Source: Candidatus Limnocylindria bacterium (GTDB taxonomy: Bacteria > Eisenbacteria > RBG-16-71-46). From it: a DNA stretch of 64,000 nt. The notes below the pieces were generated by a model. That model searched no databases, had not been told where the DNA came from, and saw only the letters and a program-made list of their open reading frames with translations. Position numbers and translations under genes: made by a program. Shown piece after piece: positions 55,995-64,000 of this stretch. The stretch spans positions 102 to 64,101 of the forward strand of contig DASQFU010000008.1 in assembly GCA_035632955.1 (NCBI GenBank), in the 5' to 3' direction. Each line of letters starts with the position of its first letter. Position 1 is the stretch's first letter.

Positions 55995-56900
55995 CTACTG
56001 CGAAGCGGTCACGCCTACGCGCGGACAGTGGACCAGCGGGCAGATCGAGCAGCGCGGCTTGCGCGCCACGCACGTGCGGCGCCCGTGCAGGATGAGCCAG
56101 TGGGAGAACATGGTCCACCGCTCGCGCGGGACGATCGACATGAGCGCGAACTCGATCTTGACCGGATCGTTCTGGTCGTGGAGCCCGAGCCGCCGCGACA
56201 CCCGGCTCACGTGCGTGTCGACGACGACGCCGGGGATTCCAAACGCGTTCCCGAGCACGACGTTCGCGGTCTTCCGCCCCGCGCCGCGCAACGTGGTCAG
56301 CTCTTCGAGCGTGCGCGGCACTTCCCCGCCGTGGCGGGCGACGATGTCGGCGGACGACGATTGAATCGCCTTCGCCTTCATGCGGAAGAACCCGGTCGAG
56401 CGCACCATGCTCTCCAGCTCGGGCAGCGACGCCGCCGCGAACGCGGCCGGGTCCGGATAGCGCGCGAACAAGGCCGGCGTCACCTGATTGACGCGCACGT
56501 CCGTGCATTGCGCGGACAGAATCGTCGCGACCAGGAGCTGGTGCGGCGTCCGAAAGTCGAGCGCGCATTTGGCGTCGGGATAGGTGCGCTCGAGAATCGC
56601 GAGGATCGCGGTGACGCGCTCCCGATCGGGCGGCGTGAGCGGACCTTCGCGCGGAACCGACCGTAGCGCGCGCCGCGCCGGCTTGACCGTCCGCCCGCGT
56701 TGACTCGGCGCAGTTGCCGTGCCGCGTGCGCCTTTGACCGAATGAGGCGTGGCGCGCTTGGCGCGTGCCGCCTTGCCGCGTGACGCCGTGCTACGACCCT
56801 TCGTTCGCGCGCTGCCCGGCGTCGACCGCGGACGCGCCTTGCCGGGAAGACGCGGCTCGGCCGCGCCCTTCTTGCGCGCGCGTGGAGACTTGCGGGGCAT
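55995..56900 (-). CDS. nth: Endonuclease III (Nth) with a ~85-aa Lys/Arg/Ala-rich N-terminal tail
   Basis: It has the HhH motif LTTLRGAGRKTANVVL, the catalytic region VVDTHVSRV, and the 4Fe-4S cluster CVARKPRCSICPLVHC. The tail reads MPRKSPRARKKGAAEPRLPGKARPRSTPGSARTKGRS. Confidence 0.9.
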   Translation of the reverse strand: MPRKSPRARKKGAAEPRLPGKARPRSTPGSARTKGRSTASRGKAARAKRATPHSVKGARGTATAPSQRGRTVKPARRALRSVPREGPLTPPDRERVTAILAILERTYPDAKCALDFRTPHQLLVATILSAQCTDVRVNQVTPALFARYPDPAAFAAASLPELESMVRSTGFFRMKAKAIQSSSADIVARHGGEVPRTLEELTTLRGAGRKTANVVLGNAFGIPGVVVDTHVSRVSRRLGLHDQNDPVKIEFALMSIVPRERWTMFSHWLILHGRRTCVARKPRCSICPLVHCPRVGVTASQ

Positions 56901-57024
56901 GATCGCGAAAGCCTACCGGAGGGTGCAGAGCCCAGCAAGACGAAGCGGCCCGATGAAGTCGCGTGGCTGTGCTTGTCCCGAACGCTTCCAGCCGGTGGGC
57001 AGACGAGTCGCGGTATCAGCGCGG

Positions 57025-57054
57025 CGCCCCGCCTCCGGGGTAGGAAGCGGGGCG
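57025..57054 (-). terminator. GC-rich hairpin downstream of the OMP gene (weak terminator candidate)
   Basis: CGCCCCGC (57025-57032) pairs with GCGGGGCG (57047-57054) around a 14-nt loop. It lies 33 nt past the minus-strand stop at 57087. There is no clear U-tract. Confidence 0.3.
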
Positions 57055-57086
57055 GCAAAATTCCTCTTCAGGGACTTCGCGGCTTC

Positions 57087-57929
57087 TCAGAACCCCCAGC
57101 TCACTCCGAAGCGCATACCCGCTCCCTGCACATCCACGGTCTCGCGGAACTGCTCGCCGGTCAGCGCGTCCTCGATGTCGCGGCCGAGCTCGGCGTCGTT
57201 CACGAACACTTCGGCGTTGAGGCGCGCGCGTCCCGAAAGCGGGAACCCCGCGCCGATCCACGCTTGCCAGCCCAAGCCGTCGAACGTGCCTTCGAACTCC
57301 TCGCCGGTCTGAAAATCCTCCGCCGAGAGATGCAGGATCTGATAGCCGCCGGCGACGCCGACGTAGGGCACGATCGGCAGGTTGGGATCGGCGTTGAACT
57401 GCACGAACGCCATCAACGGGAAGAGGTTCGACGACGAACGCGCCAGCGCGCGGCGCGTGACGATGTCCTGGCCGCCCGGGCCGGGGCCGGTGCTGATCAC
57501 CTCGGTGCTGCGGTCGCTCTTGTGGTGCCAGTCGAGACCCGCACCGAGCTGGACGTGCGGATCAACCAGCAACGCCCCGCGCAGTCCGAACACGAACTCC
57601 GAGTTCTGGTCGCCGTCGGGATCGAAGAAGCCGGCATGGACTTGCGTGACGGTCTGCGACCGCCTCGAGTAGCCGTCGGCGTCACGATGGCGCGCGCGCC
57701 GCGGGCGATAGCGCGACGATTCGTAGTATCCGTCGGAGGGCCGGCGCGCGAAACCGTGATCGTCTTTGTCCTGAACGCCGACCGGAGACACCCCGACTCC
57801 GACCAGCGGCCATGTGTCTTCGACCGGAAGCGCGAACGCCGAAACGTTCTCGGCTGCGCCGGCCACGCCGACCCCAAGCGGGATCGCGAGCGCCACCCAC
57901 AGGGCTCCGCACGTCAAAATGCGCTTCAT
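57087..57929 (-). CDS. Outer-membrane beta-barrel protein
   Basis: 280 aa. It has the signal peptide MKRILTCGALWVALAIPLGVGVAGA, an alternating strand pattern and the C-terminal GVSWGF. Confidence 0.7.
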   Translation of the reverse strand: MKRILTCGALWVALAIPLGVGVAGAAENVSAFALPVEDTWPLVGVGVSPVGVQDKDDHGFARRPSDGYYESSRYRPRRARHRDADGYSRRSQTVTQVHAGFFDPDGDQNSEFVFGLRGALLVDPHVQLGAGLDWHHKSDRSTEVISTGPGPGGQDIVTRRALARSSSNLFPLMAFVQFNADPNLPIVPYVGVAGGYQILHLSAEDFQTGEEFEGTFDGLGWQAWIGAGFPLSGRARLNAEVFVNDAELGRDIEDALTGEQFRETVDVQGAGMRFGVSWGF

Positions 57930-58208
57930 GCTCCCTCCTCAGTCGTGCCGACCCTTCCTCGGCTGGAACAGCGGGCGTCGAACGCTTCTCCAAAATCGCG
58001 GCCCGACCAGGCTCGACCCGGACGGGCAGACGCAACGTCGGTTTTGCACGCCGCATGCCGGAAGCATTCTTGCTTTCGCGACCCCAAGCCGGTCACAAAT
58101 GCGTCCGGTGGTTGCCTTGGCGTCGTCCCATCCGTAGCCAAGGTGTGGCGGAGTGTTGCGAGTCCGCCGCACTGCATGCTAGCGTCCCGCGCTCCTCGGA
58201 ACCATCTC

Positions 58209-59063
58209 ATGCCGATCGCGCCCGTCTTGATGCTCGCCGCCACGATCGCCGCCGCTCCATCGCCGACACCGGGTCCGACGCTGGCCATCGAGGACACCAT
58301 GCAGACCGAAGTGCCGGAAGTCCTGGTGCGAGCGCCGCGCGTAACGCTCGATGAGATCCTCGACCGGGTCGCGCGGGGCGAAGCCCGCCGCGAGTCGCTG
58401 ATCACGGACCAGACGTTCACGGCGACGGTGCGCGTGGTGCGCAACGTGAAAGGCGACCGCCCCGAGCTGTTCGAGGAGTCGGTGTGGCGCATCTATCGCA
58501 AGCGCCCGAATCGGCTGCGCACCGTGCCACTGCGCCGCTGGAGCGCCGGAAAGAAGCAGGGCGCCAAAGCCGAGGTCGACGTCGAGTTCTCGCCCGGCAT
58601 GGGCGAGCGGGTCGTGAACTTCGCGTTCCGGCCGAATGCGCGGCGCGGATATCGCTACCGGATCGTCGGGCGGGACCTGGTTGGCGACCGCGTCATCTAT
58701 CGCATCGCTTTCGAGACGCGTTCGCTGCTCGATTCCGTGTCGCCGAGCGGGCTGGTATGGATCGATACCAACGAGTTCGTGATCGTGCGCGAAGAGCTCG
58801 AGTTTCGTCGCTCGCCCGTGCCCGTGCTGCTCAAGGGTATCGATCGCATGGTGGTCGAGCGCCAACGCGCCGGCGAGCATTGGGTGCTCAAGCGCGTGAT
58901 GATGCGCGGCGAAATGACGTTACCGATCCCCAAGTTCGGCAAGTCCTTCGATTTTGCGATTCACTACGACGACTACGAGCTCAACCGCGGTCTGTCCGAT
59001 GCCTTGTTCGCCAAGCCCCGACGCGGCGCGCCGGCCGCCCCGGCCAAATCGGGCGGACGATGA
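58209..59063 (+). CDS. LolA-like / outer-membrane lipoprotein-sorting-fold protein
   Basis: ORF trimmed to ATG 58209 (MPIAPVLMLAATIAAAPS). The pattern VIYRIAFETRS...GLVWIDTNEFVIVREELEF is typical of the LolA_like/RseB-fold families. Confidence 0.65.
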   Translation: MPIAPVLMLAATIAAAPSPTPGPTLAIEDTMQTEVPEVLVRAPRVTLDEILDRVARGEARRESLITDQTFTATVRVVRNVKGDRPELFEESVWRIYRKRPNRLRTVPLRRWSAGKKQGAKAEVDVEFSPGMGERVVNFAFRPNARRGYRYRIVGRDLVGDRVIYRIAFETRSLLDSVSPSGLVWIDTNEFVIVREELEFRRSPVPVLLKGIDRMVVERQRAGEHWVLKRVMMRGEMTLPIPKFGKSFDFAIHYDDYELNRGLSDALFAKPRRGAPAAPAKSGGR

Positions 59064-60451
59064 CGCGGCGCCTCGACTGGGTGCTGGTCGTCTTCGCGAT
59101 CGCCGGCGCGATATTGGCGACGGCTCCCGTCTCCGCTAGTTCGAGTGTCGCGCGCGACCTCGGGCCGATGGCACAGGCTTCGCCGCCCGACACGACGCTC
59201 GACGACTTCCTCGAAGACTATGCCGATTCCACCGAGCGGTACTTCGGCATGGCAGCGGCGCCGTTGGACACGGCGGGCCTCGACAGCGCGCTGGCGTTCG
59301 GGCTCGCGCATCCGGACGCCGCGGGTGACCGTTCGGGACGATTCGCGCTCGGCTTCGGCCCCTGGCTGGCGTTCAATCGCGTCGACGGACCGCTCTACGG
59401 CGCGACGGCGAAGGTTGGACAACCGCGCCTGCTCGGTGAGCTGCAGGGTCGACTCGGCTACGCGGTCGGGCCCAACGACTGGATGGGCGGCGGCGAGTAC
59501 ACGAAGCTCTGGGGGTTCCGCGGCTCCGACGCGACGTGGCTGTTCAACGCCTCGGCGGGACGCTTCACCGGGGTCATGGATCGCGATCGCGCCGATCGCA
59601 TCTGGGCGTCGCTTCGCGCCTTCGTCGCGGGCACGGATAACCAGCGCTATCTCCGCCGCGACGGGTTCTGGGCGCGGCTCGAATACGAGACCTCCTGGTG
59701 GCGGCTCGGCACCGGGTATCGCGACGAGCTGGAGTCGCCGCTCGAGGTCACGACCACCTGGAACCTGCGCAAGAAGGCGCCGTCGGTCGTCGACAACCTG
59801 CCGGCGGCGCTCGGACGTGCGCGTGAGGCGATGTGGTACGGGACCGTGCGTTTGCCGCTGATCCATGGCGGCTGGGCGACCGCCGAGCACCGCAGCTCGG
59901 GCAGCGCCATCAACAGCGACTTCGACTACCGGCGGACGCGCGCGGCGGTGGGTGCCGAGGTGCCGATCGCCGGCGTGGTGTCGCTCGTTCCCCAGTTCGA
60001 GTATGGACGCCTCGGCGGCGAGCTGGTGCCGCAGGCCGCCTTCTACCTCGGCGGCTCGCGCTCGCTCCAGACGGTCGAGAGCAGCTCTCGTGGCGGCACC
60101 GGAGAAGCCTTCGGGCGGCTCGATCTGATCGGCGCTCCCGAGCTGTTCCGGTTCACGAACGTGCTGGGGATTCCGCCGAACTCCGTCCAGGCCGGACTGT
60201 TCGGAGCGCTCGGCGCGATCTGGGGCCCGGACCCCTACGGCGGACCGACGATCCCCGGCGTGGATTGGCCCGAGCGGGAGGGCTGGCTCGGCGAGGTCGG
60301 CATCTCGATCCTGCTGCGACCCGGATTGCCCGATCCGGCCGGCTTCATTCACTTCGACTGGGCATGGCCGATCGGACCCGACGCGCGCGAGCGCGGCTTC
60401 TCCGTCTACTACGCGCGCCCGCTGTTCCTGGTGAGGCCGATCGTCCGCTAG
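59060..60451 (+). CDS. Omp85/D15-type outer-membrane beta-barrel protein without recognisable POTRA repeats
   Basis: ATG 59060 overlaps the upstream stop (ATGA). It has a signal peptide (VLVVFAIAGAILATAPVSA) and the Omp85 barrel motif AAFYLGGSRSLQ...GTGEAFGRLDL. The assignment rests on motifs only. Confidence 0.6.
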   Translation: MTRRLDWVLVVFAIAGAILATAPVSASSSVARDLGPMAQASPPDTTLDDFLEDYADSTERYFGMAAAPLDTAGLDSALAFGLAHPDAAGDRSGRFALGFGPWLAFNRVDGPLYGATAKVGQPRLLGELQGRLGYAVGPNDWMGGGEYTKLWGFRGSDATWLFNASAGRFTGVMDRDRADRIWASLRAFVAGTDNQRYLRRDGFWARLEYETSWWRLGTGYRDELESPLEVTTTWNLRKKAPSVVDNLPAALGRAREAMWYGTVRLPLIHGGWATAEHRSSGSAINSDFDYRRTRAAVGAEVPIAGVVSLVPQFEYGRLGGELVPQAAFYLGGSRSLQTVESSSRGGTGEAFGRLDLIGAPELFRFTNVLGIPPNSVQAGLFGALGAIWGPDPYGGPTIPGVDWPEREGWLGEVGISILLRPGLPDPAGFIHFDWAWPIGPDARERGFSVYYARPLFLVRPIVR

Positions 60452-60592
60452 TGTTCCGACACTGATCTCGGCGCCGGGCGGAACCTTTCGCCCGCACACC
60501 CCGTAGAGCACTTCGTCCCAAGCCGCCCAGTGGCCCGCGTCGTCCTTTCCATCGATCGGTCTCGCCGCCCGCTTCCGGACCAGGGGGAACGC

Positions 60593-61513
60593 ATGCTCGT
60601 CATCCGCGATCTGGTGAAGGTCTATCCCGGCCCGGTCACCGCGCTGCAAGGCGTCCAGCTCGAGATTCCGAACGGCATGTTCGGGCTCCTGGGACCGAAC
60701 GGAGCCGGCAAGTCCACGCTGATGCGCATCCTCGCCGGCTTGCTCGAGGCGACCTCGGGCCGCGTGATGCTCGACGACATCGATGCGCTCGCGCATCCGG
60801 AGCGGATCCGGGCGCAGCTCGGCTATCTGCCGCAGGAGTTCGGCTTCTATCCCCATCTCACCGGCGAGCAGATGCTGCTGCACCTGCTGCGGCTCAAGGG
60901 CGTGAGCGCTCCGGGCGGCCTGAAGACGCTGTGCCGGGAGCTGCTCGAGCGCGTCAATCTCACGTTCGCTGCCCGCCGCAAGCTCAAGGGCTACTCGGGC
61001 GGTATGCGGCAACGGCTCGGCATCGCGCAGGCGATCGCCGGCGACCCGCGGCTCATCATCGTCGACGAGCCGACGGCGGGCCTCGATCCCGAAGAGCGCC
61101 TGCGTTTCTATCACCTGCTCGCGGAGCTGGCCGAGAACCGAACCGTGCTGCTCTCGACGCACATCGTCGAGGACGTCGCGGTGCTGTGCTCCCAGTTCGC
61201 CGTCATTCGCGACGGCCGAGTCGTGGCGCGCACGACGCCGCGCGAGGCGCGTGAAGCGATCGCCGGCGTGATCTTCGAGGGCACGGTGCCGGTCGCCGAT
61301 CTGCCGGAGCTCAGCCGCACTCGCCAGGTGACGCAGGCCGTGCTGGTCGAAGGCAAGCATCGCGTCCGCGTGTACGAGCCACGCGGCGGCCCGCCCCCAG
61401 GCTTCGAGCCGGTGGCGCCGACGCTCGAAGACGCGTATCTCGTCATGGTGCGGGCCAACGGTCGCGCGACCAACGGCGCGCTCCCGGCGGTCGAGCTGGG
61501 AGCCGTTCGATGA
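60593..61513 (+). CDS. ABC transporter ATP-binding protein (ABC-2/DrrA-like)
   Basis: ATG 60593 with a GGGGGA RBS. It has Walker A GPNGAGKST, signature YSGGMRQRL and Walker B LIIVDEPTAGLD. Confidence 0.95.
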   Translation: MLVIRDLVKVYPGPVTALQGVQLEIPNGMFGLLGPNGAGKSTLMRILAGLLEATSGRVMLDDIDALAHPERIRAQLGYLPQEFGFYPHLTGEQMLLHLLRLKGVSAPGGLKTLCRELLERVNLTFAARRKLKGYSGGMRQRLGIAQAIAGDPRLIIVDEPTAGLDPEERLRFYHLLAELAENRTVLLSTHIVEDVAVLCSQFAVIRDGRVVARTTPREAREAIAGVIFEGTVPVADLPELSRTRQVTQAVLVEGKHRVRVYEPRGGPPPGFEPVAPTLEDAYLVMVRANGRATNGALPAVELGAVR

Positions 61514-64000
61514 GTCTCGCGCGGCTCGGCGAAGTATTCCGCGTCGAAGCCGCCCACAACGCGCGCCGGCCGTTGTTCTGGATGCTGGTGCTGATCGTCG
61601 GCTTCTTTGCGTTCATGATGCCGAACGGCAACGCAACGATCAGCTCGGGCAACGCCGCCGTCGGCGGCACCAAGGCTTGGATCACTTCCGAGTTCGCGGT
61701 CTCGCAGCTCCTGGCGCTGCTGGTCACGATCCTCTACGCGTTCTTCATCTCGGTCGCGGCCGGGATGACCGTGATCCGCGACCAGGACCTCAAGATCGGC
61801 GAGGTCCTGCATTCGACCCGGCTCTCGCCATCCGAATACGTCTGGGGGAAGTTCCTGGCCCAGCTCGTGAGCTTCCTGGTCGTGCTGCTGCTCCACGTCG
61901 GGCTGATGGCGTTCTTCAACCACGTCGTGCCGCATCCCGGCAAGGAGATCATCGGGCCGTTCGAGCTGCAGAACTACCTGCGCCCCGCACTCGTGTTCGG
62001 CGTGCCGACGATCCTATTCTTCGCCGGTCTCGGCTTTGCAATCGGCGAATGGACACGTAAGCCGATCGTGGTGTTCGTGGTGCCCGTGGCCGCGGTGATC
62101 TTCTTCGCCATGTTCCTGTGGGACTGGTCTCCCTCGTGGCTCGACCCCGCGATCGGGCGCGCGCTCAGCTTGATCGACCCGGCGGGCCTGCGCTGGCTCA
62201 CGGAGACCTGGCTCAACGTGGACCGCGGCGTCCACTTCTACAACACGGGATCGGTGGGTCTGGACCCGCCGTTCGTCGCCAGCCGCATCGCCTTCGCGTT
62301 GATCGGCATCCTCGCGGTCGCGGTGGCGGCGCGCCGCTTTGCGGCGACGTTGCGGGGCGAGCGCGTTCGCGCCGGGCGCGCGCGCCCGCCGGCGGTCGTG
62401 CGCGAAGCGACGCCGGTCGAGCTCGCCCGTCACGCCGGGCTCGCCGCCCTCGCGATGCGTTCGGGACAGCCCGGATTGCTGTCGGGAGCATGGGACGTGG
62501 CGCGGGTCGAGCTGCGTGAGCTGCGCAGCACGCCGGGCCTCTACCTGTTCGTGCCGGTCATCCTGCTCCAGACCCTGGGCGGAAATCTGGTCGGCGTCGG
62601 CGCGTTCGATACGCCACTCCTCAACACACCGGGGATGCTGGCCGCCAATCTCCTCAACACGCTGACGCTGCTTCTCTGCCTGCTGATGCTCTTTTATACC
62701 GTCGAGTCTCTGCAACGGGAGCGGAGCACGGGGCTCGCGCCGATCGCCTACTCGACGCCGATCCGCACGCCGTCACTGCTGCTCGGCAAAGCGCTCGCCA
62801 ACACGGTGGTCGCGTTCGTCGTGCTGCTCGCGACCTTGCTCGGGTGCGCGATCGTGCTCGCCGTGCAGGGCCGCGTCGCCTTCGATCTCGGGCCGTTCGC
62901 TCTGGTGTGGGGGCTACTGCTGCTGCCGACGCTGCTGATGTGGACCGCGTTCGTGGCCGGGACGTTCGCGCTCACCGGTAATCGCTACGCGACCTACGGC
63001 GTGGCGCTGGTCGCGCTCAGCGTCACCGGCTACTTCCAGTTCCGCGACAAGATGAACTGGGTCGGCAACTGGGACCTGTGGAACGTGGCGCGCTGGACCG
63101 ACATGGGAGTGTTCGAGCTCGATCGTCAGGCGCTGGTGCTCAATCGCGTCATGGCGATCGGGCTCATGACCCTGTTCGTCGCACTGACGGTGAAATGGTT
63201 CCCGCGCCGCGAGCAGGATGCGACGCGACTCGTCCACCGACTGCGGCCCGGGGCGCTCGGGCGCCAGGCGCTCGGGTTCGCGCCGCTGGCCGTCCTGCCG
63301 CTGTTCGCCGGCGTCGCGCTCTGGGTCCAGGTGCAGCAGGGCTATCAAGGAAAGGCTCTGGAGAAGAAAACGCGCGACTACTGGAAGCAGAACGTCGCCA
63401 CGTGGCGGGACGCTCCGCTCCCGGCCGTGACCGCGGTCGATCTCGACCTCGAGCTGGAGCCGCGCCGGCGCTTCTTCCGCGCTCGGGGCGAGTACCGGTT
63501 CGTGAACTCGCTGGCGACGCCGTTGCGAAAGATTCCGCTCACCGGCGGCTTCCATTGGGATTCGTTGACCTGGACCATGAACGGGCGCGCCTACGAGCCG
63601 GAGAATCGCTCGCGTCTCTACGTGTTCACGCCGCCGGCACCGCTCCAGCCCGGCGACAGCGTCACGATCGGCTTCCGTCACCAAGGACGCTTTCCGAACG
63701 GCATCAGCCGCAATGGCGGCCGTCAGAACGAGTTCATCCTCCCGGCCGGCGTTGTCCTGACCGGGTTCGACGGCGCGAGCGTCGTGCCCATGCTCGGCTT
63801 CGACCCCGAGATCGGCGTCAAGGAGGACGAGAATCGCGCGGAGCCCAGGGAGTATCCGGACGACTATCACCACGGCCCGACGGCGCCGTTCCTGGCGCTC
63901 GGAGTTCGGCCGTTCTCGACGCGGATCCGCGTGACCGGGCCGTCCGAGTATCGCTACAACGCGACCGGGGTGCTGGTGACCGAAGCGACGCGCAACGGCC
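61510..64000 (+). CDS. ABC-2-type permease fused to an M1 (aminopeptidase N-like) peptidase domain, 5' part (continues past the window end)
   Basis: Missing from the ORF track because no stop lies inside the window. ATG 61510 overlaps the ATPase stop (ATGA). My hand translation reaches 64000 without a stop. It shows two bundles of TM helices (MSLARLGEVFRVEAAHNARRPLFWMLVLIVGFF...), then VDLDLELEPRRRFFRARGEYRFVN...SVTIGFRHQG...RIRVTGPSEYRYNATG, resembling the N-terminal beta-domain of M1 peptidases. The HExxH-E catalytic motif would lie beyond the window. Confidence 0.75.
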   Translation, partial: MSLARLGEVFRVEAAHNARRPLFWMLVLIVGFFAFMMPNGNATISSGNAAVGGTKAWITSEFAVSQLLALLVTILYAFFISVAAGMTVIRDQDLKIGEVLHSTRLSPSEYVWGKFLAQLVSFLVVLLLHVGLMAFFNHVVPHPGKEIIGPFELQNYLRPALVFGVPTILFFAGLGFAIGEWTRKPIVVFVVPVAAVIFFAMFLWDWSPSWLDPAIGRALSLIDPAGLRWLTETWLNVDRGVHFYNTGSVGLDPPFVASRIAFALIGILAVAVAARRFAATLRGERVRAGRARPPAVVREATPVELARHAGLAALAMRSGQPGLLSGAWDVARVELRELRSTPGLYLFVPVILLQTLGGNLVGVGAFDTPLLNTPGMLAANLLNTLTLLLCLLMLFYTVESLQRERSTGLAPIAYSTPIRTPSLLLGKALANTVVAFVVLLATLLGCAIVLAVQGRVAFDLGPFALVWGLLLLPTLLMWTAFVAGTFALTGNRYATYGVALVALSVTGYFQFRDKMNWVGNWDLWNVARWTDMGVFELDRQALVLNRVMAIGLMTLFVALTVKWFPRREQDATRLVHRLRPGALGRQALGFAPLAVLPLFAGVALWVQVQQGYQGKALEKKTRDYWKQNVATWRDAPLPAVTAVDLDLELEPRRRFFRARGEYRFVNSLATPLRKIPLTGGFHWDSLTWTMNGRAYEPENRSRLYVFTPPAPLQPGDSVTIGFRHQGRFPNGISRNGGRQNEFILPAGVVLTGFDGASVVPMLGFDPEIGVKEDENRAEPREYPDDYHHGPTAPFLALGVRPFSTRIRVTGPSEYRYNATGVLVTEATRNG

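Noticed and set aside
53234-56095. 953-aa plus-strand ORF spanning the sppA region
   Set aside because: It is a low-complexity Arg/Ala/Pro-rich translation with no recognisable motif. The minus strand encodes SppA and the TPR membrane protein with clear family signatures.
58973-61360. 795-aa minus-strand ORF
   Set aside because: It is a shadow of the plus-strand Omp85-like and ABC ATPase genes. The Walker A, signature and Walker B motifs are all on the plus strand.
1-64000. Whole-window look for CRISPR arrays, tRNA/rRNA genes, IS elements, integrases, reverse transcriptases and toxin-antitoxin pairs
   Set aside because: Reading both strands by eye, I found no spaced direct-repeat array, no tRNA-like cloverleaf sequence in intergenic regions, and no transposase, integrase or RT motifs. 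Absence cannot be proven without tRNAscan, Infernal and ISfinder-type searches.

Overview
High-GC (about 70% by eye) chromosomal segment from a diderm bacterium. A FlgD-Ig/T9SS-like C-terminal sorting domain and many small outer-membrane barrels suggest a Gemmatimonadota/Eisenbacteria-like lineage, but I cannot verify this. I support about 48 protein genes, 3 gene remnants and several hairpins or operator-like repeats. I found no rRNA, tRNA, CRISPR array, transposase or integrase. Most long Arg/Pro-rich ORFs in the track are antisense or off-frame shadows of real genes. Two real genes are missing from the track because they run off the window edges: a P1B-ATPase at 1-845 (-) and an ABC-permease/M1-peptidase fusion at 61510-64000 (+). 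Layout: (1) 1-11.9 kb, a heavy-metal efflux island with visibly lower GC in its core; (2) tldD/pmbA, a nitroreductase and surface-glycan genes; (3) a GNAT-thioesterase-small Tat protein-amidase operon; (4) dsbD/yyaL redox genes; (5) a PLP-centred operon (pdxS-phzF-aminotransferase-decarboxylase) with a MocR/PdxR-like regulator, where both promoter regions carry the same bipartite motif; (6) a recombination scar at the 3' end of an M28 peptidase gene; (7) an SbcCD-like YhaN/YhaO pair; (8) an nth-sppA-membrane TPR operon; (9) an envelope cluster of LolA-like protein, POTRA-less Omp85-like barrel, ABC ATPase and permease-M1 fusion. All family assignments come from motif recognition by eye. No database search was possible.
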